Assembly (NCBI GenBank): GCA_016787165.1
Contig: JAEUTT010000083.1
Location: 1-35,665, forward strand
DNA from: Bacteroidia bacterium
Lineage (GTDB): Bacteria > Bacteroidota > Bacteroidia > 2-12-FULL-35-15
DNA: 35,665 nucleotides
Reading direction: 5' to 3'
The notes beneath the pieces are model-generated. The model saw only the letters and a list, made by a program, of their open reading frames with translations, ran no database searches and had not been told where the DNA came from. Shown one piece after another: positions 1-8,774 of this stretch. A program made the translations under genes and the position numbers. The stretch's first letter is position 1. Every line of letters begins with the position of its first letter.

Positions 1-690
1 ATCAACCAAAATTTCAAATTAGATAATGAAGGAAACATTGCTTTAACATTTAGTCTTCTAAATGAAAAAACTAAAATTACAACCCAAACCTTCACCGCAG
101 AAATTCCATTCAAATCTTCAGATATGAAAAACATTAAAGAAGTCTCAGAGATGGCTTCCTCTAATACGGGTGGTGTTGATCAAAAAGCTCACGGGAATCT
201 TTATGCTTCTCTGCAAGATTATATAGATAACAAACCAATTAAAGGCGTAAGAGTTAAAAATGGAAGCTTTAGCTGGTCTATGTTAAAAGGTACCGACTAT
301 AAACTTATTGATGATGACGGCAATATTAAAAAAGAAGATGCAAAAAATTTTCCTGCTGAATTATTCACCTATAAAAGGGATAATTTCTCAGAACCAATGC
401 TAATGAGACTGATTGATGGCAAACCTTATATTATTTTATCCGCAGGAAAATTAAATTATTATTCTTTGTACGAAGACCAAGTCCAACGATTTTATGCCGA
501 AGGGTGGAATGGTAAATTAAAAAAATTCAAAGAAAGTGAATTTGAAAAATATTTAGCAAAATACAGCTTGTTGGAAAATTATAAAAAAGATAAACCCAAA
601 AGAGAATTCAAGGATGATGTAAATGGATATTTTAATAAAATTGTATTCTGGCAAATAAAATATTTCAATCTTTTAAATTCAAAAATGTAA
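1..690 (+). CDS. hypothetical protein, probably 5'-partial
   Basis: Frame 1 has no stop from nt 1 to the TAA at 688-690, so the ATG at 124 is only a minimum start. No recognisable catalytic or sorting motif. A hairpin terminator follows. Confidence 0.55.
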   Translation: MNQNFKLDNEGNIALTFSLLNEKTKITTQTFTAEIPFKSSDMKNIKEVSEMASSNTGGVDQKAHGNLYASLQDYIDNKPIKGVRVKNGSFSWSMLKGTDYKLIDDDGNIKKEDAKNFPAELFTYKRDNFSEPMLMRLIDGKPYIILSAGKLNYYSLYEDQVQRFYAEGWNGKLKKFKESEFEKYLAKYSLLENYKKDKPKREFKDDVNGYFNKIVFWQIKYFNLLNSKM

Positions 691-703
691 ATTCAAAAAA
701 AAG

Positions 704-732
704 AAAAGCGAAATTTTAATTTCGCTTTTTTT
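704..732. terminator. bidirectional rho-independent terminator between convergent genes
   Basis: Perfect 11-bp stem AAAAGCGAAAT (704-714) / ATTTCGCTTTT (719-729) with loop TTTA. An A-run lies upstream and a T-run downstream. It sits between the stops at 690 (+) and 762 (-). Confidence 0.75.
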
Positions 733-761
733 ATATCCAAGAACAACATTATAATATAAAA

Positions 762-1799
762 TTAAAAAGGTTTTCCGTGTGTTGATTTAACAACTTTGGA
801 TTTCAAAAACGAGCTACGATTTAAAAAGGCAATAACAAGGTTGCTCAATCGAATATTTTTTAATAATTTTTGTAATAATTTTGAAAAGTCAATTCGCGTT
901 TTAAATTCTTTTTTCCAAAAGGTAGCGTATTTGCTTTCGAGTTCTTCTCTTGAAATTTTTTTCTCAAAATAATTCAATAGAAGTGCATTTAACACAAAGG
1001 AACTTTTCATTGCTATACTCATGCCATTTCCGCTCAAGGGTGCTATGTTTCCTGCGCTATCGCCTAGCATAAGAATGTTGTTTTCAACTGAATTTTTAGT
1101 TCCAATGGTGATGTTAGATATAGCAATAGGCTCTTTAAAAATAAAAGTAGCAGAAGTAAAAATGGATTTTAAAAATGGATTTTGCATTAAAATTTCTTCT
1201 TCCATTTTTTGTATGTTGCCATTGAATTTTTTTAAATTTTCAGAGTCGGTTAGATAGCATAAGCAACAAACATTGTTTTCTATTTTAGAAATTCCGCAAT
1301 ACCCATTTTTAAAGTTATGTAGTTCAATTAAATTGTTTTGCAAATCATATTGTACATGGTGTTTTACACCAACATAATTTTTGGTATTCTTTTTTTCTTT
1401 TGTAAAGTTGCGCTTGAGTTTAATATCTAAATTGCTTTTTTTTCCCCATGAGCCAACACATATTGCGGATGAATATTCTCCTTTTGTAGTTTCAATTGTG
1501 AATGAGTTATTGTTGAACGCAACATTATTTACTCTGCACTCATCAAGCAGAACAACACCCTTTTTGTTTGCTATTTCGGCAAGTTTGGAGTCAAGTAAAA
1601 AACGACTTATTCCAAAACCGCCTAAATCTAATTGTTGTGTTAATAGTTTTCCTGAAGGAGATGAAACGTGTAATTGATTTATTTTTGGAAGATTTAATTC
1701 ATCTAAATTTAACCCTAAGCGTTGTATAAAATTCCAGGATTCCATTGAAACATATTCGCCACAAACCTTATGAAAGGGGTATTTGTTTTTTTCAAACAA
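762..1799 (-). CDS. FAD-dependent oxidoreductase (geranylgeranyl-reductase-like flavoprotein); real N-terminus lies upstream of the listed TTG start
   Basis: GDSAGNIAPLSGNGMSIAM matches the GD-x-AG FAD-contact motif. The same frame stays open upstream to 1925 and encodes YQVAIIGGGIAGLTLAIQLADNG (a GxGxxG Rossmann motif, about 1880-1812), but contains no in-frame ATG/GTG/TTG upstream of 1799. Confidence 0.8.
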   Translation of the reverse strand: MFEKNKYPFHKVCGEYVSMESWNFIQRLGLNLDELNLPKINQLHVSSPSGKLLTQQLDLGGFGISRFLLDSKLAEIANKKGVVLLDECRVNNVAFNNNSFTIETTKGEYSSAICVGSWGKKSNLDIKLKRNFTKEKKNTKNYVGVKHHVQYDLQNNLIELHNFKNGYCGISKIENNVCCLCYLTDSENLKKFNGNIQKMEEEILMQNPFLKSIFTSATFIFKEPIAISNITIGTKNSVENNILMLGDSAGNIAPLSGNGMSIAMKSSFVLNALLLNYFEKKISREELESKYATFWKKEFKTRIDFSKLLQKLLKNIRLSNLVIAFLNRSSFLKSKVVKSTHGKPF

Positions 1800-1914
1800 A
1801 ACACAAGAAATGCCATTATCAGCGAGTTGAATAGCAAGTGTTAAACCTGCTATTCCTCCGCCAATAATGGCAACTTGATAAGGAATATGTTCATTTGTTT
1901 TGATGAACTTTAAT

Positions 1915-4900
1915 TTAATTATTTTCTAGTTTAATAACCCTGTACTTAAACTTGATTAACATTAAATACATTACCGGAATAATAATTAATGTTAAAAAAG
2001 TGGCAAATGTTAATCCAAAAATAATGGTGTATGACATAGGGCCAAAGAAAATGGCATTGTCGCCACCAAAATAAATTTTAGGATCAAGTGTGGTGAAAAA
2101 TGAAATAAAATCAATGTTTAATCCAATAGCCATTGGTAGTAAGCCTAAAATGGTTGTGATGGCAGTTAATAAAACAGGGCGCAAACGAGTTTTTCCGGCA
2201 AATTTAATACTGTCAATAACATCTTCAATTGATAGGCGTTCGTTTTCATCTAGACCAATTTCTTTCTTTTTGTTTTCCATCACTAAATTGGTATAATCAA
2301 TAAGTACAATGGCATTATTTACAATAACCCCTGCGAGTGAAATTATACCAATCATTGTCATGATGATGATAAAATCCATTTGGAAAATAACCAAGCCAAG
2401 GAATACTCCAATTAAACTAAATAGTACTGCTACCATAATAATAAATGGAGAGGATAATGAATTAAATTGTAACACCATAATTAAGAATATTAAAAATACA
2501 GCAACCAACAGTGCTTTACTTAAGAAGCTCATTTCTTTTGCTTGTTGTTCTTGTTGTCCGGTAAAGTCATAATTAAATCCTTTGTCTAATTTAAAGTCGA
2601 CAAGCTCTGTTTTTATATTTGCAACAACTTCATTTGCATTTGCACCTTCAATTACATTTGAAACAACAGTTACAATTCGTTTTTCTTTTTTGCGTTTGAT
2701 TGAACTATAAGTAGACATTGTTTTTGGCTCATCAATTAGTGCAGAGATAGGAACTTGACGAATTTTACCTGTCATTTGATCTCTGAATGTAATTTTTTGA
2801 TTTAAAAGGGTGTTTAAATCATAACGATAATTATCGGCATAACGAACATTTATTTGATAATCGTCATCATCTTCTTTGAACTTACTTATTTCATTTCCAA
2901 AAAGTGCAGTTCTAATGTTCATTGCAATTTGTTGTGTGGAAATGCCAAGCATTTTTGCTTTTTCTTTATTGATGATAATTGGAATTTCTGGTTTGCCTGT
3001 TTCAATGTTAATGCGTAATTGTTCAATTCCAGCAATGTTCTTTTTTTCCACAAAGTTTTTTAATTTTTCTGCTTGTTCAATTAAAACATCGTAATCAACA
3101 GTAACATCAGACGTTACCTCAATGTTTACTGGTGGCTCTTGTGGTGGACCGGCTGGATTTTTATCAACCGTAATTTGTACATCAGCTGTAAATTTATTGC
3201 CTAGCAAAGCACGAACATCGTTCATGATATCAGCCGTATTAATTCCTCTTCTATCAATACTTTCAACAAAGTTAACGGTAATGCGCGCCTTGTTTGGAGT
3301 GGCTGCCATGCTTGGCCCTTCGTTAGGGTCGCTGGTGCCTTTTCCAACTTGTGCAACAACAGACTGAACCATGAAATTATTTATACGCGTTATTCCATTT
3401 TCGGTAATGGTATCATTGTATTTGTTTAAATGATTGATCACCATTTTTTCAACTTCTTTTGTAAGTTTATTGGTAACGTTTATATCTGTTCCTATCGGTT
3501 TTTGAATAAAAATGTTAATGTAATTAGGTTCGTTGATAGGAAAAAATTCAACCTTTGGGGTAAATATTCCAATGAGAACAAAGGAGAAAAATAACATCCC
3601 AAGTGTTGCAAAAAATAATTTAACAGGATTTTTACCTCGCAAAGCGAAACTTAAAAACGCATAATATTTATTTTCTAATTTAGGTAAAAATTTATTTTGA
3701 AACGTTTTGGTTGCTTTGTTAAATACATGCGTATTAAGCATAAATAATAATCCACCAACGAACAAAAACATGCCAAGCAATATTGTGTTTGCAAGAATCA
3801 ACACAAACCCCAGTAACATCATTACAATTGAAATAATGGTAGCTCTTTTTTTATTTATTTCTTTTTCTTCCAATTTCATATAAACGGAAGTGATTGCAGC
3901 ATTAATAACAAGAGCAACAAATAAAGAAGAGCTTAATACAACAATTAAGGTAATTGGTAGGTACTTCATAAATTCACCCATAATTCCTGGCCACATTGCT
4001 AGGGGAACAAAAGCGGCTAGTGTTGTAGCGGTAGAGGCAATGATAGGCCAAGCAATTTCGCCAATCCCTTGTTTTGCTGCTTGTATTCTACTTTTCCCTT
4101 CGCTCATTAAGCGGTACACATTTTCTACAAGTACAATTCCATTATCAACAAGCATTCCTAGTGCCATCACCAAGGAAAATAAAACCATGATATTGAGCGT
4201 AACACCAAGGTAATCGAGGATTAAAAACGACATAAACATGGATAGTGGAATGGCAATCCCAACAAACAAAGCATTTCGCAAGCCAAGGAAAAATAATAAT
4301 ACCCCAACTACTAAAATAATTCCAAATAAAATGTTGTTTTCAAGATTACTAACTTGGTCGCGTATTTGTGTTGACTGATCGTTTGTAACGGTAATATTTA
4401 AATCGCTTGGTAAAAAATCTTTTTTAGTTTTTTCAAGCATCGTTAATATTTTATCGGAAGCCGATAGTAAATTTTTCCCCGGACGTTTAATAACATCAAT
4501 CATTACAACAGGCTTTTCAAATTCACGAGCAAAACTTTCGGCTTCTTTCTCTTCAAATTTAACATCGGCAATATCACGTAAGTAAACAGCATTAAATTTT
4601 TCATCTTTTACAATGATGTCTCCAATTTCTTCTGGTGTTTTAAATTCACCATCAATACGAATGGTTTTGCGCAAATCATCAATTAAAATTTCTCCACCTG
4701 TAGTTGTAATGTTTTGTGATTGAACAGCAGTTTGAATATCATAAAAACTAATGTTTCTAGATTCTGCTTTAAATCGATCCACTTCTATTTTTAATTCTTT
4801 TTCAGGGATACCTCTGATTTCTGCACGATCAATTTCTTCTATTTTTTTTACTTCATCTTTCAAAAACTCAGCAAATTTTCGTAATTCTTCACTGCTATAG

Positions 4901-5376
4901 TTTCCTGAAAGATTAATGTTCATGATTGGAAATTCAGAAAAGTTAATTTCAAAAACATTGGGCGGAACAGGTAAGTCTTTTGGAAACTCTGCTTGTCCTT
5001 TTACTAAGTCTACTTTGTCTTTAACCTTTCTCAATCCTTCAGTTGTGGTAACACTAAAATCAAATTCAACAATTACTGTTGAGTATCCTAAAACAGAAGT
5101 AGATGTAAGTTTATTAACACCTTTTATGGTATTGATTTCTTTTTCTAAAGGCTTTGTTATTTTACTTTCAATTACTTTTGGTGATACACCAGGGTAAGCG
5201 GTTCCAACATAAATGGTTGGAATGTTTATTTCTGGAAAACTTTCTTTAGGCATAGAGATGTATGAGCCTAAACCACCAATTGTTAAAATAAAAATAATTA
5301 AGTAAACCGACTTTCTATTATTAATTGCCCAGGTGGAAAGCCCAAACTCTTTTGTTTTTTCTTTTTCGTTATTCAT
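1915..5376 (-). CDS. efflux RND transporter permease subunit (AcrB/CzcA superfamily)
   Basis: 1153 aa. N-terminus WAINNRKSVYLIIFILTIGG...PEINIPTIYVGTAYPGVSP is typical of RND pumps. Two blocks of multiple TM helices are separated by large periplasmic domains. It lies downstream of adaptor and TolC-like genes. Confidence 0.93.
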   Translation of the reverse strand: MNNEKEKTKEFGLSTWAINNRKSVYLIIFILTIGGLGSYISMPKESFPEINIPTIYVGTAYPGVSPKVIESKITKPLEKEINTIKGVNKLTSTSVLGYSTVIVEFDFSVTTTEGLRKVKDKVDLVKGQAEFPKDLPVPPNVFEINFSEFPIMNINLSGNYSSEELRKFAEFLKDEVKKIEEIDRAEIRGIPEKELKIEVDRFKAESRNISFYDIQTAVQSQNITTTGGEILIDDLRKTIRIDGEFKTPEEIGDIIVKDEKFNAVYLRDIADVKFEEKEAESFAREFEKPVVMIDVIKRPGKNLLSASDKILTMLEKTKKDFLPSDLNITVTNDQSTQIRDQVSNLENNILFGIILVVGVLLFFLGLRNALFVGIAIPLSMFMSFLILDYLGVTLNIMVLFSLVMALGMLVDNGIVLVENVYRLMSEGKSRIQAAKQGIGEIAWPIIASTATTLAAFVPLAMWPGIMGEFMKYLPITLIVVLSSSLFVALVINAAITSVYMKLEEKEINKKRATIISIVMMLLGFVLILANTILLGMFLFVGGLLFMLNTHVFNKATKTFQNKFLPKLENKYYAFLSFALRGKNPVKLFFATLGMLFFSFVLIGIFTPKVEFFPINEPNYINIFIQKPIGTDINVTNKLTKEVEKMVINHLNKYNDTITENGITRINNFMVQSVVAQVGKGTSDPNEGPSMAATPNKARITVNFVESIDRRGINTADIMNDVRALLGNKFTADVQITVDKNPAGPPQEPPVNIEVTSDVTVDYDVLIEQAEKLKNFVEKKNIAGIEQLRINIETGKPEIPIIINKEKAKMLGISTQQIAMNIRTALFGNEISKFKEDDDDYQINVRYADNYRYDLNTLLNQKITFRDQMTGKIRQVPISALIDEPKTMSTYSSIKRKKEKRIVTVVSNVIEGANANEVVANIKTELVDFKLDKGFNYDFTGQQEQQAKEMSFLSKALLVAVFLIFLIMVLQFNSLSSPFIIMVAVLFSLIGVFLGLVIFQMDFIIIMTMIGIISLAGVIVNNAIVLIDYTNLVMENKKKEIGLDENERLSIEDVIDSIKFAGKTRLRPVLLTAITTILGLLPMAIGLNIDFISFFTTLDPKIYFGGDNAIFFGPMSYTIIFGLTFATFLTLIIIPVMYLMLIKFKYRVIKLENN

Positions 5377-5417
5377 TATCCAACTTTTTTAAATCATGTA
5401 CTACTTTTATTTGAAGC

Positions 5418-6455
5418 TTACTTTTTTTCTTGTACTTTATCGTTTTCATTAATTCCTCGAACACCATCTACAACAATTTTATCTCCTATTTTAACTCCTT
5501 CTTCTACTAAGGTTTTTCCATCAAATGCTTTTCCTGTTTTTATCAAAACTTTTTTGGCAATCATATCGGCATTTAGTGTGTATACAAAATTATTTCCTTG
5601 AGCATCTTGTAAAATTCCTGCTGAAGGAACAACAATTACACTGTCTTTGTGATAATCGCGAATTTGGACAGTAGAAATTAAGTTTGGAATTAATTGTTGA
5701 TTAGCATTTTCTAAATCAATTTGAGCTTTAAATGAACGATTGTTTGGTTCAATATAACTTCCCATACGAGAAATTTTTGCACGTTTATCATAATTCAATT
5801 GAGCAATTTTTACTCGTACTTCAGTTCCTGTTTTTACAACGCCTAAATAATTTTCAGGAACTTCTGCGATGGCATACATTTCATCTAAATTTACTATTCT
5901 TGCAATAGGCATAGCAGGGTTTGCCATTTCGCCAACCTTTACAAAAACATCGTCTACAACACCATTAAATGGAGCAATAACCGTTCCTTTTGAAAGTTGT
6001 GTTTCTCCTGTTTTTACTGATTGCTCAAGCGACTCTTTTCTAGTTTTAGCTTCAATAAATTGAATTTCTGTTCCTATTTTTTGTTCCCACAAGTTTTTTT
6101 GTTTTTCATAAACCAAGGTTACCATTTCTAAATTCTTTTTTAATTCAAGTAAATTGCTTTGTACAATATCTGTATTTATTATAGCAATTGTTTGTCCTTT
6201 AGATACTCGATCGCCAACTTTTACATGTATTGTTTTGATGGTGCCTGCAAACTCAGGATTTATAAGTGCTTCTTGTTCTGAATGCAATGTGCCTTGTAGT
6301 TCAAAAAAGTGCTCGAAACTACTTTGTTCAATTGTTTGCACAGAAACTATTGGTAAGGTTGATAGCGAGTCGGTGTTTGTGGTTGCGCCTTCTTCTTTGT
6401 TGTTTCCGCATGCAGCTAATGTTACAATTCCGGATAGAAATAAAATTTTTTTCAT
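5418..6455 (-). CDS. efflux RND transporter periplasmic adaptor subunit (HlyD/MFP family lipoprotein)
   Basis: Lipoprotein signal MKKILFLSGIVTLAAC. Lipoyl-like hairpin motif GTIKTIHVKVGDRVSKGQTIA, coiled-coil segment and beta-barrel tail. Sits between the TolC-like and RND genes. Confidence 0.9.
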   Translation of the reverse strand: MKKILFLSGIVTLAACGNNKEEGATTNTDSLSTLPIVSVQTIEQSSFEHFFELQGTLHSEQEALINPEFAGTIKTIHVKVGDRVSKGQTIAIINTDIVQSNLLELKKNLEMVTLVYEKQKNLWEQKIGTEIQFIEAKTRKESLEQSVKTGETQLSKGTVIAPFNGVVDDVFVKVGEMANPAMPIARIVNLDEMYAIAEVPENYLGVVKTGTEVRVKIAQLNYDKRAKISRMGSYIEPNNRSFKAQIDLENANQQLIPNLISTVQIRDYHKDSVIVVPSAGILQDAQGNNFVYTLNADMIAKKVLIKTGKAFDGKTLVEEGVKIGDKIVVDGVRGINENDKVQEKK

Positions 6456-6476
6456 TGTATAGTTGGTCTTGTTTTT

Positions 6477-7826
6477 TTATTGTTGAATAGTTCCGTTTGC
6501 TTTGTCAAAATTTATTTTTGCAATTACAGCTTCAAATAATGCATTGAAATAATTTGTTTGTGCTTCTTTTAAAACTGTTTCTGCTGTTAGCACTTCAAGT
6601 GAAGATCCAACACCTTGCTCTTGTTTTAGTTTTGCTACACGAAAAACGTCTTCTGCTAAGGCTATGTTTTTCTTTTGAATATCCAACGATTGTGATGCGT
6701 TTTGTAAAGTAGTAACAGCATTGGCAAGCTCAAGGTCAATTGATTTTTTAATAAAATCCATATTATTTTCGGCTTGCTGATATTTTAATTTTGCTTGTTG
6801 GATTTTGAAATGACGTTGTCCGCTAGTAAAAATGGGCATTGTAACTTTGGCCCCAATTAACGCAGTAGGAAACCAGCTTTTTTTTGTGTCAAAAATATCA
6901 AACTCATTACGTTGTGCGTTGGCGCTAATGCTTCCATATGCGTATGCTGTTGGTAAATACAAAAACCGATTTCGTTTTAAATCTAATTTTGCTAATGCTT
7001 TTTGATTTTCAAATAAGTTATACTCAACACGTTTGTTATAATCAAATTTATCTGCCGAAATATTTTCTTTTAATTCAAGTGTTAAATCTTCTAGCTTGTC
7101 GGTTAGTGTTAAGTTGGTGGCAATATCCATTCCCATTTGAAACTTTAGAAGATGATTAGCAAGCAATACTAATCGCTGAACTTTATCTTGCTCTACAACA
7201 ATGTTATTATAGGCTACAGTAATTCTATCGTAATCAATTTTTTCTACAAATCCATTTTCGTATAATGCTTTTGTGTCATCCATTGCTTTTTTTAAGCGAG
7301 TAACATTTGCATTCATCAAGCTCATTCTTTCTTGATTAACCAAAACAGTGTAATAGGCTTTACTAACTTGTGCTGTTGTTTCAATTTTAGTTCGTTGTGT
7401 TGACTTTTTAGAAATTTCTAAAAATGTTTTAGATGCTTTTAATCCTAAAAAATAATCGCCACTAAAAAGTAGCTGACTAGCATCTAATCCGGCTGTAGCT
7501 TGATACTGAGTTCCAAATTTTACTGCGGCAAATGTTCCTTCATCTCCACCAAAAAATTCGGCAGGAACAAGTGATGTGGGAATTTCAATAAAATCTTTTA
7601 AATCAAAACTAGAGTTAATTTGAGGTAACCCCATTGTTGTAATTTCATTCACATTTGCTTTTGCTATTCTTTCGTCAAGCAAAGCATTTTTAATATCGTT
7701 TTGATTTTTCATTGCAAAGTCGACAGCTTGCTTAAGTGTAAACGATAAGCTTTCTGCTACTGCTGTTTGTGCAATTGTTTTTGTAGTAATAATTCCCGAT
7801 AGAAGGAAGATAAAAAAATGTTTCAT
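6477..7826 (-). CDS. TolC-family outer-membrane efflux protein
   Basis: Signal peptide MKHFFIFLLSGIITTKTIAQ. LSFTLKQAVDFAMKNQNDIKNA matches an OEP-repeat opening. Two-fold internal repeat of long helical segments. Operon context. Confidence 0.88.
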   Translation of the reverse strand: MKHFFIFLLSGIITTKTIAQTAVAESLSFTLKQAVDFAMKNQNDIKNALLDERIAKANVNEITTMGLPQINSSFDLKDFIEIPTSLVPAEFFGGDEGTFAAVKFGTQYQATAGLDASQLLFSGDYFLGLKASKTFLEISKKSTQRTKIETTAQVSKAYYTVLVNQERMSLMNANVTRLKKAMDDTKALYENGFVEKIDYDRITVAYNNIVVEQDKVQRLVLLANHLLKFQMGMDIATNLTLTDKLEDLTLELKENISADKFDYNKRVEYNLFENQKALAKLDLKRNRFLYLPTAYAYGSISANAQRNEFDIFDTKKSWFPTALIGAKVTMPIFTSGQRHFKIQQAKLKYQQAENNMDFIKKSIDLELANAVTTLQNASQSLDIQKKNIALAEDVFRVAKLKQEQGVGSSLEVLTAETVLKEAQTNYFNALFEAVIAKINFDKANGTIQQ

Positions 7827-7871
7827 ATTTAATTTGTAAATGATTGTTGTCTTAAATGGTATAATTATTAT

Positions 7872-8486
7872 TTATTCTTCTTCAATAATTTCTTTGTATT
7901 TGTTTATGAGTTTATGTCCTTTAAGTGTACAAATGCCATGTAAAAAGTGGTCGATTAATGACAGCTGAATATCAACAAGCCTATATTCTTGAGGTGGGAA
8001 TACATCTGGATTTAATCCCATTTCTACTTGTTCAATTCTCATTTTTGATAAAATTTTTGAATTAATATCAGTTCGTACAAGTCCTTCTTTTTTACCTCTT
8101 TCAATTGATGTTTCAATCACTTTTACCATACAATCATTTTTGAATGCTTTAAATTGCGCCCAAGCTTTTGGATGGTATTTTTGTAAATCATAAAAAATGG
8201 TCGGATTTACTTTTGAAAACATAGCACTAATATGTTTCATCATATTCATCACCTCTTCAATCATATTTGCTGAATCGTGCTGTATTTGTTGAAATTCACA
8301 TTCGTCTTGCTTTAATGAAATTTTCATAAGTGTTTCTACAATTTCATTTTTATCAGAGTAAAACTGATAAATTGTTTTTTTGGATATTGTTAAATGTTTG
8401 GCAATATCATCCATTGTAACACTTTTAATTCCAAACTTAAAAAACAGCTCTTCGGCACCTTTTAAAATTCTATCTTTTGTTTCCAT
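7872..8486 (-). CDS. TetR/AcrR-family transcriptional regulator (longest ORF reaches 8567; ATG at 8486 preferred)
   Basis: METKDRILKGAEELFFKFGIKSVTMDDIAKHLTISKKTIYQFY is a canonical TetR N-terminal HTH beginning at Met28 of the long ORF. A TAGTTTTG -7 box at 8520-8513 would lie inside the longer ORF. It heads the efflux operon. Confidence 0.85.
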   Translation of the reverse strand: METKDRILKGAEELFFKFGIKSVTMDDIAKHLTISKKTIYQFYSDKNEIVETLMKISLKQDECEFQQIQHDSANMIEEVMNMMKHISAMFSKVNPTIFYDLQKYHPKAWAQFKAFKNDCMVKVIETSIERGKKEGLVRTDINSKILSKMRIEQVEMGLNPDVFPPQEYRLVDIQLSLIDHFLHGICTLKGHKLINKYKEIIEEE

Positions 8487-8512
8487 TTTTTGTGTTCTAA
8501 AAAATTCGAGCA

Positions 8513-8520
8513 CAAAACTA
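8513..8520 (-). promoter_or_regulatory. candidate Bacteroidota -7 promoter box (TAnnTTTG) for the tetR/efflux operon
   Basis: Minus-strand TAGTTTTG, 27 nt upstream of the ATG at 8486. No well-spaced -33 TTTG was seen. The motif is expected by chance fairly often in AT-rich DNA. Confidence 0.3.
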
Positions 8521-8774
8521 TGGAAACATTTTTTATTTCCAACGTTTCCGTTCAAATTATTTTCCATGTATTCTGTAAGTTGTTGATAATCAAATTAAAA
8601 AAGGAAACAAAAAAGGTGCAAAAATGTTTCTTCGAGGAGTTTTGGTCTTAAAATCTAAAAACACACAGTTTGTTTTATACAATTATTTTTTTGTACTTGG
8701 CTAAAAAGGATTATTTTAGCAGACTTTTGAAAAAAACTACTAAATCAATAATAAAACTATAAAATTCAATAAAA

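Noticed and set aside
2090-5197. Six plus-strand ORFs of 68-107 aa (2090-2296, 2309-2572, 2876-3094, 3122-3367, 3890-4213, 4916-5197) inside the RND pump gene
   Set aside because: They lie entirely antisense to a 1153-aa ORF with strong family motifs. Their products are low-complexity and hydrophobic, typical of shadow frames in AT-rich DNA. The same reasoning applies to 1021-1257, 1381-1677, 5869-6063, 6154-6490 and 6938-7159.
8487-8567. N-terminal 27-codon extension of the TetR regulator (MENNLNGNVGNKKCFHSFVLEFFRTQK)
   Set aside because: The canonical TetR HTH begins right after the internal Met (METKDRILKGAEELF). A TAnnTTTG box lies within the extension. It is kept only as an alternative start.
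8521-8631. Short inverted repeats (GGAAAC...GTTTCC at 8522-8549; GGAAACA...TGTTTC at 8604-8631) as possible TetR operators
   Set aside because: The arms are only 6-7 bp and are separated by 15-16 nt, unlike the compact palindromes usual for TetR operators. Such matches are easily produced by chance in AT-rich DNA.
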